A stretch of 64,000 bases of DNA, taken from Candidatus Latescibacterota bacterium. Its GTDB lineage: Bacteria; Krumholzibacteriota; Krumholzibacteriia; WVZY01; JAKEHA01. The notes beneath the pieces are model-generated. The model saw only the letters and a list, made by a program, of their open reading frames with translations, searched no databases and was not told the origin of the DNA. The translations under genes and the position numbers were made by a program. The stretch's first letter is position 1, and each line of letters starts with the position of its first letter. The stretch spans positions 24,748 through 88,747 of the forward strand of contig CAVXFV010000013.1 of the NCBI GenBank assembly GCA_963761125.1, in the 5' to 3' direction. Shown here piece after piece: positions 21,254 through 31,145 of the stretch.

Positions 21254-23928
21254 CGTGCCTGTTGCTCCGAGGCCCAGTTGATCACCAGATTGAGGATGGA
21301 CAGCGTGTTGGTTTCGGCCGGCACGACGACCGCGACAGTCTGCCCGTCGGGCGACGTGCGTGCGGCCACCGTCTCGCGTCCGAAGCGGAACAACGGTCGC
21401 GGGGTTCCGGCATGGAAGGACGGCCCCGTTTCCACCGGAACCGCCATCAGCGTACGCCCGTCGCCGCCGATATAATAGAGTTCGTGGCCGTCGGCGCGCC
21501 ACTGGATCAGAGTCAGCGTGCTGTTAACACCCGGCGTCGCGCCGTCGCTGGACACGCGAACCTTGCTCGCGGGCTCCGGAAACGCCACCACGTAGACTTC
21601 GAAACGGCCCGATTCGTCCGAGCGGTACGCCATCCACTTTTCGTCGGGCGACACCGTGGCGTCGATCTCGTTGAACGGCGTCCGGATGAGCGGCTTGGGC
21701 ACGTGCTCGCCCTTGAGCGGGACGATCCAGATATCCTCGTTGGTCACGCCGCTCAACGACCGGTACACGACATAGTCGGACGTCACCGACTCCGGGTCGT
21801 TGAACAGGTTCGGAACATCCGCAAACAGTTCTTCGTTGCCCGAACCGTCGGATGCCTTCCAGTAGAGATCGCGCCCGCCGGGACGGTCCGATCCCCAGAT
21901 GACCCGGGTTCCGTCGCGCGTCCATTGCGGGGCCTGGTCGTACTGCCCGTCGAAGGCGAAGCGCGTGGAGATGCTGCGCGCGATGTCGATCAGCCAGACC
22001 CGCTCTTCCGCCTCATCCGGGCGGGCAAACGTCACCGCCATGCGTTTTCCGTCGGGCGAAAACGACGGCGTACTGTAGCGCCCCTTCGGCAACGAGAGTT
22101 CGCGGGCCACCTTGCCCTGGCGATCCTCGAGGACAATCTTCATGCCTTCGGATTTCGGTTCGCGCTGGATGAGCGTGGCGTTTCGGGATGCCATGACCAC
22201 CGGCGAGCCCGAATACGAACCGGACACATTGTAGAGATTCGCCACCAGCCGCGGCGCACCCGTGAGACGGCGCGCGCCCGGGTCGAACGGTTGGGCGACG
22301 ACGGATTCGTTCTGATTGAACAGCAGGAATCCGGGATCCGAATACGTCGCGATGTTCTTCGACCGGAGCACGATCGGCCCGGGCGTCACGTCGCCCAGCG
22401 TGCCGATGCGCGTGTCCTCGCCGTCGTCATTTCCCGGCAGGGCGACGTAGAGAAAATGTTTCCCGTCGGGAAGAAAGCTCGGAAACCGGTGCGCCGTTTC
22501 GCCGCGCGTCGTGTCCAGCGTGGTTGCGACCATCGGCGCACCGCCGCTGGCCGGAACCCGCATGAGCGGTCCCGACGCGTTGGGCTGGAAGACGATCTGG
22601 TCGTCCGGACTCCACGCGCCGCCACGCGGCGCCGGCGCCGGACACAGGATCTGCGTCGAGCCGCCGTCCACGCTCATCCGCTTGAGGTTGCCCCCGGAGA
22701 AGAAGGCGATGTTGCGCCCGTCCGGCGACCAGAATGGAATCACCGCGCCTTCGGTTCCCGGTAACACGCGAAACTCCGCCGCGGCCAGCGCCCGCAGGTA
22801 CAGGCGATTCGTGCCGGTGGAATCCGTGGCCATGCACAGGATCGACCGGCCATCCGGCGAGAGCGTGACGTCGGGCACTTCACCGCTGACTTCGAGCGTT
22901 CGCGGCAGCGGTACCGACACGCGCATCGTCCGCGTTTCCGGCGCCTGCGGCGACGGGCGCATCATCACGGCGGCCACCAGCGCGACCGCGAGTACGGCAC
23001 TCGCGATTATCCACGGCATGCGGCTTGCGCGCGACTTCCCGGCCGACGCAGTGGCCGCGGGGGCATCGCCGCCGGCGTGTACGTCCGACAACTCCAGACG
23101 CGCGTCCCCGATGTCGCGCAGGCGCTCCTTCGGGTCCTTGCGCAGGCACCGCTTCAACAACTCGCGCACGCGCGGCGGCGTGTTCGCCGGCAGCGCGCTC
23201 CAGTCGGGTTCGCGCTCGAGAATGCGGGCGATCAAATCGGAGACCGTCTCGCCTTCGTACAGCGATCTTCCTGTCAGACATTCGTAGAGCACGCAGCCGA
23301 ACGACCAGATATCGGTGCGGCGGTCGACACCGCGACCGCGCGCCTGTTCCGGGCTCATGTAGGCCGCCGTGCCCAGGATCACGCCCGCGCGGGTCGTCTG
23401 GTGGGTGAGTGTGGGCGAATGCGACAGATTGGGATCGGAGCCGCTGGCACTTCCGCCACCGCTGGTCGCGAGTCCGAAATCGAGGACCTTCACGCGGCCG
23501 TCGGGTGTCAGCATGACATTGCCCGGTTTCAGGTCGCGGTGGATGACGCCGTTCTCGTGCGCCGCTTCCACGCCCGCCGCGATCTGCACGCCGATCGCAA
23601 TCGTTTCGTCGAGCGGGAGTGCGCCGCGCGCAATGCGCGCCGCCAGTGTCTCGCCGTCGACGAACTCGAGCACGAGATAGCGTGCGCCGTCGACTTCTTC
23701 GAGTCCGTAGATGCTGGCGATGTTCGGATGATTGAGTGTGGCCAGGAGCCGCGCCTCGCGTTCGAAGCGCGCCAGGCGTTCGGAGTCGGACGCGAACGCG
23801 TCGGGCAGCACCTTGATTGCAACGTCGCGACCCAGACGCGTGTCGCGCGCGCGATAAACCTCGCCCATCCCGCCCGCGCCGAGCGGCGAGAGGATTTCGT
23901 AGGGACCGAGTTTGGTGCCGGCTTTCAT
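21250..23928 (-). CDS. Ser/Thr protein kinase - TM - TolB-like beta-propeller protein (STK4), intact 892 aa
   Basis: [64 protein letters not shown]; TM segment WIIASAVLAVALVAAVMM. Repeats SPDGRSILC, WSPDGRNIAF, FLPDGKHFLY, SPDGKRMAV, SPDEKWMAY. Ends ..LVINWASEQQAR. Its TGA overlaps the STK3 ATG (ATGA at 21250-21253). Confidence 0.93.
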   Translation of the reverse strand: MKAGTKLGPYEILSPLGAGGMGEVYRARDTRLGRDVAIKVLPDAFASDSERLARFEREARLLATLNHPNIASIYGLEEVDGARYLVLEFVDGETLAARIARGALPLDETIAIGVQIAAGVEAAHENGVIHRDLKPGNVMLTPDGRVKVLDFGLATSGGGSASGSDPNLSHSPTLTHQTTRAGVILGTAAYMSPEQARGRGVDRRTDIWSFGCVLYECLTGRSLYEGETVSDLIARILEREPDWSALPANTPPRVRELLKRCLRKDPKERLRDIGDARLELSDVHAGGDAPAATASAGKSRASRMPWIIASAVLAVALVAAVMMRPSPQAPETRTMRVSVPLPRTLEVSGEVPDVTLSPDGRSILCMATDSTGTNRLYLRALAAAEFRVLPGTEGAVIPFWSPDGRNIAFFSGGNLKRMSVDGGSTQILCPAPAPRGGAWSPDDQIVFQPNASGPLMRVPASGGAPMVATTLDTTRGETAHRFPSFLPDGKHFLYVALPGNDDGEDTRIGTLGDVTPGPIVLRSKNIATYSDPGFLLFNQNESVVAQPFDPGARRLTGAPRLVANLYNVSGSYSGSPVVMASRNATLIQREPKSEGMKIVLEDRQGKVARELSLPKGRYSTPSFSPDGKRMAVTFARPDEAEERVWLIDIARSISTRFAFDGQYDQAPQWTRDGTRVIWGSDRPGGRDLYWKASDGSGNEELFADVPNLFNDPESVTSDYVVYRSLSGVTNEDIWIVPLKGEHVPKPLIRTPFNEIDATVSPDEKWMAYRSDESGRFEVYVVAFPEPASKVRVSSDGATPGVNSTLTLIQWRADGHELYYIGGDGRTLMAVPVETGPSFHAGTPRPLFRFGRETVAARTSPDGQTVAVVVPAETNTLSILNLVINWASEQQAR

Positions 23929-23946
23929 AGGGTGTTCCCGGCCCGA

Positions 23947-25830
23947 CTACAGGATATCCCGAAGTTTCGCGGTCAGCTTTACGGGCTTTCCGTTGCGCAT
24001 TACGGTCATGGTGACTTTCGTACCCGGTTTTCCCTCCTCGAACTGGCGTTCGAGCTGGTCGCGATCGAACGAGGCGATCGGGTGTTCGGCGATCTCCGTC
24101 ACCACGTCGCCCTGTCTCAGGCCGGCTTTCTCCGCCGGTGATCCGGCGATCACTTCCGCCACGCGCACGTCGTCCCCGATTTTCGCGAAGCGCGCGCCGA
24201 GCCGCGAGTAGTTCGCGCGTTCGTTGTAGTGTGCGCCCGGTTCCAGCCAGATCTGCCGCCGCTCGTAGTCGAGCGTGACGGTGAAGCGTTCGAGCAGTCT
24301 GTTTCCGATATTGCCGGCATAGTCCTCGCTCGCGAGTGCGCCGCTCTCCGTGCTCGAAAGCCCGACCAGGGGATCGGCGATCCGGTACGGTCCCAGCGCG
24401 ACCGACTTCATGCGCGCCAGCCGGCTCTGAGACATGCCGCCCACGCCACCCATCATGGTCGGAATGCTCTTCCGCGCCCGGGCGACCAGGTCGTTCTTTT
24501 TGACGAACGGCGTGTGCAGGTCGAGGAGCGCGTCGCTACCGACGTCCACGCGGGCGCCACCCTCGAAGGCGCCGTCCACCTTGATGCGCACGACCGGCAC
24601 GTTGCCTGCGAGCGTCATCGGGACCGCGGTACCCTTGCCGTCGTAGTGGAATGTCTTCGGGTCGAAGAAGAAGAGCTGATGACCGTCGTAGTCCAGACGC
24701 GTGACGAACTGGTTGATCACGTCGAAACCCACGATGCCCGCGCAGTCGCGCCAGAAGAACGGAGCCAGCAGCGGATTCAAACTGACCACGGCGACCTTGA
24801 CGCCGTGGACCTCGATGCCGTCCCCATCAGGAGCGGCGATGCGCAACGTGTCGACGGTCGCGAACGACGCGCGGCCCGTCGAGGACGCGCCGCCCATCGC
24901 CTGCATCTCGCCCGTCGTTGCCAGTCCGACCCCGGCGGCATACGTGCTGTCGATCACCGATATGCTCGCGCCGGTGTCGAACACAAAATTGGCCGGCGGG
25001 CGTCCGTTCACGGCGGCGCGCAGCCACACGTGACGACCCACATAATCGAACGGAATCCGGGCGCGACCGTCGGTCTTGAGCCACGTCAGTCCCGCGGTTC
25101 CCGGCGCCGCGGCGGGGGTGAACTGCGCGTCCGGGATGTCCGTCAGGAGATCGATGTGCTCGATCTGGATGACGGCGGTGTTGGCGGGCATTCCCGGCAC
25201 TTCCTGCACGGACTTAAACGCCATCTTCCAACCGCCCACCACGCGGAAGTCGGAGTTGGTCACCATGATGCTCATCTGGTCTTGCTTCGCGATCGAGCGC
25301 ACCAGCAGCCCCGTCTTGCGGTCGAAGTAGAGCTGCGTTTTGCGGCCCGTCGGCGCCTGTACGTCGAGCACGGTGAACGTGCCGAGCGAATCGGTGACGT
25401 CGCCCGAGACGGTGATGGTGCCGCCGCCCTGGTCGGGCTCGAGCCAGCGCTCGTTGTCGAACCAGGCGGTGCCCACGGCGTCCTCGAGATCTTTTCCGTC
25501 GAGACGGATGACCTTGCCGTTGGGATCGGTGCGAGATGAACCCGCGCCGCTCGTCCAGTCGCGCATGGTGAACGGCCCGATGACCACGATACTCGCCTGC
25601 TTGTCCGGGGCCTCGCGCCAGCCCTCGATGGTACCGCTGAGACCGTACGCGCTGAGCGTGCCGGTGAAGTGCATCACGCGCGTCTTCTCCCACGCGGCGC
25701 GGCCGCCCGACACGTCGACATAGCGATCGAGTACCGCATGTGCCTCCGGCGTGACCGCGGCGAGTGCATCGATCGGCGAGACGAACCCCAGCGAGAGACC
25801 AACGCATGCAATGATCCGAGAGATTCTCAT
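23947..25830 (-). CDS. Secreted retropepsin-like aspartyl protease with C-terminal PDZ domain, intact 627 aa
   Basis: Signal peptide MRISRIIACVGLSLGFVSPIDALA; FVFDTGASISVIDS (D-T-G) and a second lobe ARVDVGSDALLDL. The C-terminal PDZ-like segment is GARFAKIGDDVRVAEVIAGSPAEKAGLRQGDVVTEIAEHP..VTMTVMRNGKPVKL. Confidence 0.8.
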   Translation of the reverse strand: MRISRIIACVGLSLGFVSPIDALAAVTPEAHAVLDRYVDVSGGRAAWEKTRVMHFTGTLSAYGLSGTIEGWREAPDKQASIVVIGPFTMRDWTSGAGSSRTDPNGKVIRLDGKDLEDAVGTAWFDNERWLEPDQGGGTITVSGDVTDSLGTFTVLDVQAPTGRKTQLYFDRKTGLLVRSIAKQDQMSIMVTNSDFRVVGGWKMAFKSVQEVPGMPANTAVIQIEHIDLLTDIPDAQFTPAAAPGTAGLTWLKTDGRARIPFDYVGRHVWLRAAVNGRPPANFVFDTGASISVIDSTYAAGVGLATTGEMQAMGGASSTGRASFATVDTLRIAAPDGDGIEVHGVKVAVVSLNPLLAPFFWRDCAGIVGFDVINQFVTRLDYDGHQLFFFDPKTFHYDGKGTAVPMTLAGNVPVVRIKVDGAFEGGARVDVGSDALLDLHTPFVKKNDLVARARKSIPTMMGGVGGMSQSRLARMKSVALGPYRIADPLVGLSSTESGALASEDYAGNIGNRLLERFTVTLDYERRQIWLEPGAHYNERANYSRLGARFAKIGDDVRVAEVIAGSPAEKAGLRQGDVVTEIAEHPIASFDRDQLERQFEEGKPGTKVTMTVMRNGKPVKLTAKLRDIL

Positions 25831-25881
25831 GTGACATCCATCTCCATGCGGGAGGCCGGACGTGCGCCGGCAAAGCGGTAT

Positions 25882-28522
25882 CTATCGGCTATCCGGATGC
25901 GCGGTGCTCAGCGTATACAGGACGGACGTAAAGCGCCAGGTCGCGTACGCAAGCGTGCGCATATCGTCCGCGATCGACACACCCAGAATGCTCACCAGAC
26001 CCGCGCGTTCCCGGTCGCCCAGTGTCGCCACGGTTTCGCGCCGTCCGCTGGCGACGTCCACGCGTTCCACCGACGCCGGGACCGCCGTCCGTCGGAAACT
26101 GTACAGCGCGGATCCGTCCAGATTCCATCGGATCACGCTGTCATCCGATGTCATAGACGGGATCGGGCGTCCGTCTCCGACTCCCGGCATCGGATAGATC
26201 GACCATCCCGACTGCGTTTGCGCGACGAACACGCGACCGTCGGGCGCCGACAGACTGTTGCGGATCCCTTCCGCGTCCCACCGGTTCCATCGAACCGGAC
26301 GACGAATCGAGGACGAAGGACCGCGGCGGTTTGCCGGGCTCGTTTCCGTCGACAAGAATGCGGTGCCCGTCGGGCATCCAGCTTGCATTTGAAATGTTCT
26401 CGAATTCGCCGTGATCGAGACGCGTCGGCTGCCCCACCCCCACCGGGTACGACATCAGGCGCGGCGGCGAACTGTAGACGTACGCCAGGACCGACTTCCC
26501 ATCCGCCGAGAACTGGAGCCCGCTCCCTTCGCCCAGGCGGACCACCGCGCCGCCGGACGTCGGACGGATCGTCACGGCGTAGTAGGGGCCGGCGCCGAGA
26601 CTCTGGTCGGTGAACGCCAACATCTTGCCGTCTCCCGAAAGCACGGGGGCAAGGCCGTTGTCGAGCCACGACAGATCCCGGTCGTCGGTCGATCCGGGCG
26701 ACCGGAACGACAGCCGCACCGGCGTGTCGTCGCGCGACACGAGCCAGGTTCCGTCGGCCGCGACATCGTGGATGGTCATCATCCCGATGTTCTGTCGCGT
26801 CGGCAGTTCGTGGCCGTCGAGATCGAACTCGTGCACGACATAGTCGCTGCCGTTGAGCGTCGCGCTGAAGAACACGCTGGCGCCCTCGCGGCCCCGAGAC
26901 CACGCCAGTCCTTCCATGCCCCAGTAGCCGCCCTCCAGCACGTCGCGCGTGGCCCGCGAGATCGACCACGTCGACCGAGCCACGATCGTCGAACTTCGCC
27001 GGATGCTCCATGAACGCCACCCGTTGCCCGTCCGCGGAAACGCGGAGATCGCTGAGATAACCGGCCGATTCGTACAGAACCGTGCCGACCGGAAACTCGA
27101 GATGGTCCTTGCCCCCGACCTCGTGGATGATGGCGAGGGTCTCGCCCGTCCGGCGACCAGTCCGCCTCGCGGACATTGTCCATGATCTCCCGCGGCGCGC
27201 CGCCTTCCAGCGGCATGCGCGCCAGGGTCCCTTCGAACAGCCGGTGGTGCCCGGTGTAGCGGGCGTGATTCAGGACCAGCAGTTCGCCGCGCGAGGAAAT
27301 CGCGAGCAGGTGCACGTCCTCGCGGCCCGATCGGTTGCGGTTCCGGGATACTCGGGGCGGATGACGTACAGATGCGTCCGGTTGCCCTCGAGCGCCGCAC
27401 TCAACACGATCGTCTTCCCGTCGGGCATGAAGCGCGCCGCGAAGATGGTTTGCGTGCGGAAGGTCTCTGCGCTGGTACTCGAGCGACCGCCGAGTCCACG
27501 GCGCGCAACGCTGTCCGCTGTCCGACGACGAACGCCGGCGAGCGCCCACCGCAACGACGGCGAGCGCGGCCAGCGCCGGGCAGCGTGCGGCCGCCACCGC
27601 GCCGGAACGCCGGAGGCGCGACTCGGTTGCGCCGCACTGCCGCTGTCCGCCTGCATCCAGCGCAGCTGCAGCTTCGACGTCGTGCGCGGTCTGCACGCGA
27701 TCGTCGGGATCCTTGGCGAGGCACGCGCTGGATCAGGCGATCCAGCGCCGGCGGCGACATCGGCTGGACGTCGGCGATCGGCGTGCGGTTCGTGTTCCAG
27801 GATGGCCGCGATCAGCGACGCCTGGCTCTTGCCGTCGAACGCCCGCTTGCCCGTGGCCATTTCGTAGAGCACGCATCCCAGCGCCCAGATATCGCTGCGC
27901 GCGTCGGCTTCTTTGCCTTCGAGCTGCTCGGGCGACATGTACTGGAAGGTCCCGACGATGGTTCCCTCCGCGGTCAGCGGTTGCGCCATCGTCGGCGACT
28001 GCGTGAGCGCCTCGAGCGACGCCCCGCCGCTGACCCCGGCGCCAGCCCCGTCGCGCGCGCCAGACCGAAGTCCATCAGCTTGGCGCCCGACCGCGTCAGC
28101 ATGACGTTGCCGGGTTTGAGATCGCGGTGGACGATACCGGCGCGGTGCGCGCGCTCGAGCGCATCGGCGATCTGCGCACCCAGCCGAAGCACATCGGCGA
28201 CCGGCAGCGCGCCCTTCGCGAGCCGGGTCGCGAGCGTCTCGCCGTCGATCAGTTCCATCACCAGATAGTCGGTGTCGCCCTCGCGGCCGACGTCGAACAG
28301 CGTGCAGATGTTCGGGTGGTTGAGCGAGGAGACGGTCTTTGCCTCGCGTTCGAAGCGGGCGCGGACTTCCGGGTTCGACGAGAGATGCTGCGGGAGCACC
28401 TTGACCGCGACGTCGCGGCCCAGGCGCGTGTCGCGGGCGCGATAGACTTCGCCCATGCCGCCCGCGCCCAGCGGCGCGAGGATTTCGTAGGGACCGAGTT
28501 TGGTGCCGGGGGTAAGGCTCAT
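25882..28522 (-). pseudogene. Ser/Thr protein kinase - TM - beta-propeller protein (STK5; divergent C-terminal domain), multiply frameshifted as assembled
   Basis: [126 protein letters not shown] (ORF 27974..28549); [56 protein letters not shown] (27270..28631). Propeller-like repeats are in 26141..27400 and 25882..26388 (LSGDGKMLAF, FSADGKSVLAY). The ending ..LYTLSTAHPDSR lacks the NW-type tail of the other six. Confidence 0.8.
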
Positions 28523-28535
28523 CGTGGAAGCGGCA

Positions 28536-28565
28536 AGCGTACTCCACATCGGAGCCGGGTGTCCA
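28536..28565 (-). promoter_or_regulatory. Candidate promoter of STK5 (TGGACA-N18-TACGCT)
   Basis: Minus strand reads TGGACA (28565..28560), an 18-nt spacer, then TACGCT (28541..28536), 13 nt before ATG 28522. Shares GGAAGCGG and TGTCCACG (+ strand) with the STK1 upstream region. Confidence 0.3.
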
Positions 28566-28638
28566 CGCCGCGATTCCAGGAACCGCGTGACCGGAGGGAA
28601 GATGGCCGGCGCGCGAGGGCGCGCCGGCCACGTTCAGA

Positions 28639-31014
28639 CTACTTTACGTCCCTGATGGCGACGGTCACTTTCGGAATGTGACCGGTGAAGCGCGATTTGG
28701 CTTCCGAACCGATTGTCTCCACGACCGGTGTCGCGAGGTCGATGCCGACGTCGGCGGTTTCGTCCGCGGAGAAGATCGTCGGGTTGGGTGCGCGCGATCC
28801 GCCCCTCGCCGACTTTCTTGTCGTTCACGTACAGCGTACCCATACCGCCCTTGCCCAGGCCGCCGCCGTCGTACGCGAACTCGAAGCGGATCGTCGACTT
28901 GCCGGGCGCGAGCTTCTGCGTCCCCGCGACCGTGTAGCGCTCGAGACCGAGGAAGTTGTAATCGTACGCCGGCATGCCATCTTTGACATAGAGGCCCAGC
29001 CGCCGAAGCGCCCGCCCTGGACGAGAATGGCGCCGTTGCCGCCATCTCGGGCACCTCGACCTCGGCGGTGATGGTCACCGACCTGTTCTTGACGTTGAGA
29101 AAGACGTTTTCGCTCATCCCGGTCATGCCCTCGGCAAGCGTCAGCGAAGTGCGGCCCCGCCATCAGGTCGGGGCGGCCGGCCGTCGCGGGGATCGAGGCG
29201 CTCGAACACGCGATCGTCGATGGGCAGCACGTGATACTTCTCCGCCTCCTTCATGAACAGCGCCTGCATCTCGTCGAGTTTCTGCGGATTCTTGGCGGCC
29301 AGGTCGTTCGCAAGACTGAAGTCGGTGCGCGTGTCGTAGAGTTCCCACATGTCGTCGGCGAGCTTGCGGCGCGGCTCGCGTCTCCCACGGCGCCCGGTGG
29401 ACCGTGCCGGCGAGCCAGCCGTCGTGATAGATGGCGCGGTTGCCGAAGATCTCGAAAGTACTGCATGGTGTGCCGGTCCTTCGCCTTCGGCGTCGTCGAA
29501 GGTGTAAGCCATGCTCACGCCTTCGATCGGCGTCTGGAGGTGCCGTTGACGACCTTCGGCTCCGGCAAGCCCGGCCGCTTCGAGAACGGTGGGCGCGACG
29601 TCGATGACATGGTGCCACTGGCTGCGCATCTCGCCCTTCGGCCTTGATACCCTTCGGCCAGTGAATGACCATGCCCGTTGCGCGTGCCGCCGTAAGTCGG
29701 ACGCCACCTGCTTGGTCCACATGAACGGCGTGTCGCCGGCCACCGCCCAGCCGGCCGCCATGTGCGGGTAGGTCTCCGGCCCGCCCCACTTGTCCATCAG
29801 CTTGAGCATGTCGGACACCTTCTCCTGGACGCCGTTGAAATAGGTCATCTCGTTGAACAGGCCGTTCATGCCGCCTTCGGCGCTCGCGCCATTGTCGCCG
29901 GCGATGTAAAAGATGAGCGTGTTGTCGAGCTGCCCGATGTCTTCGATCGCCTTGACCAAGCGTCCGATCTCGTGGTCGGTCATCTCGCAGAAACGCGGCG
30001 AACACCTCCATCTGGCGGGCGAAGAGCTTCTTTTCGTCGGGTGAAAGCGTGTCCCAGTCCTTGATGGCCTCGGGTTTGGGCGCGAGCTTGGTGCCTGCGG
30101 GCACGACGCCGAGCTTGATCTGCCGCGCGAGCGTTTCCTCGCGCATCTTGTCCCAGCCCTGGTCGAACTTGCCCTTGTAGTGGGCGATCCACTCCTTCGG
30201 CACATGGTGCGGCGCGTGCGTGGCACCCGGCGCGAAATACATGAAGAACGGCTTGTCCGGCGTGAGCGACTTCTGAGACTTGATCCACGCGATGGCCTGG
30301 TTGGTCATGTCGGTCATGAAGTGATAATTCGGATCTGTCCGGCAGTTCGACCTGGTGCATGCCGTCATAGATGAACGGCGCCCACTGGTTGGTCTCGCCG
30401 CCCATGAAGCCGTAGAACTTGTCGAAGCCCGGATGCGTCGGCCAGCGGTCGAACGGCCCCGACACGCTGGCTTCCCAGGCGGCGGTTCGTGCCACTTGCC
30501 GAAGGCGCCGGTGCTGTAACCGTTCAGCCGCAGCATCTCGGCCAGCGGCGCGACGCTGTTCGGAACCTTGCCGGTGTTGCCCGGGAACGCCGTGACGATC
30601 TCCATGATGGAGCCCATGTTGCCGTCGTGGTGGTTGCGGCCGGTCTTGAGTGCCGTGCGCGTCGGCGAGCACAGCGCGGTGGTGTGAAAGTTGTTGTAGC
30701 GCAGCCCGCTCTTGGCCAGTGCTCGAGTGTCGGCGTGCCGACCGGGCCGCCGAAGGTGCTCGGTCGCGCCAAAGCCCAGGTCGTCGATCAGGACGATCAG
30801 GACGTTGGGCGCGCCCTGCCGGCGCCTTGACTTCGAACCGCGGCGGCGGCGTGGCGTTGCGCACGTCGAGCTCGGTGTAAACCCGTCGCTTCGGTTCCTT
30901 GATGGGCAGGATCGTCCGGTCGAGTGTCGTTTCGCTCGCTTGCTGCGCGAGCGCCGCCGAAGCGGTCAGTGACATCATCGATCCAACGACAATCGCAAGG
31001 GCGAGTCTCTTCAT
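28639..31014 (-). pseudogene. Secreted arylsulfatase (formylglycine-dependent, C-x-P-x-R type), multiply frameshifted as assembled
   Basis: GGAG RBS, then MKRLALAIVVGSMMSLTASAALAQQ (in ORF 29980..31074). LAKSGLRYNNFHTTALCSPTRTALKTGRNHHDGNMGSIMEIVTAFPGNTG.. read directly from 30600-30720 (Cys codon 30671..30669). GAFGKWHE; WIKSQKSLTPDKPFFMYFAPGATHAPHHVPKEWI (29163..30617); DNTLIFYIAGDNGASAEGG (29141..30226). Tail ..FTGHIPKVTVAIRDVK, then TAG at 28641..28639. Confidence 0.85.
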
Positions 31015-31145
31015 AACAATCTCCTCATTGACCGGGTGAATCCAGCTCGCTTCCGAAGGGACCGATGGTAACACAGGAGTTAATTATCTGGAAATTAAAA
31101 CCGCGACTGAACAAACAATCTCGATCGAGGCGAGATTTCAGCGCG

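Noticed and set aside
31015-31145. Small RNA or riboswitch in the AT-rich sulfatase upstream region.
   Set aside because: I found no conserved structure. It is most simply a promoter/UP-element region (GATAAT-like hexamer, GGAG RBS).
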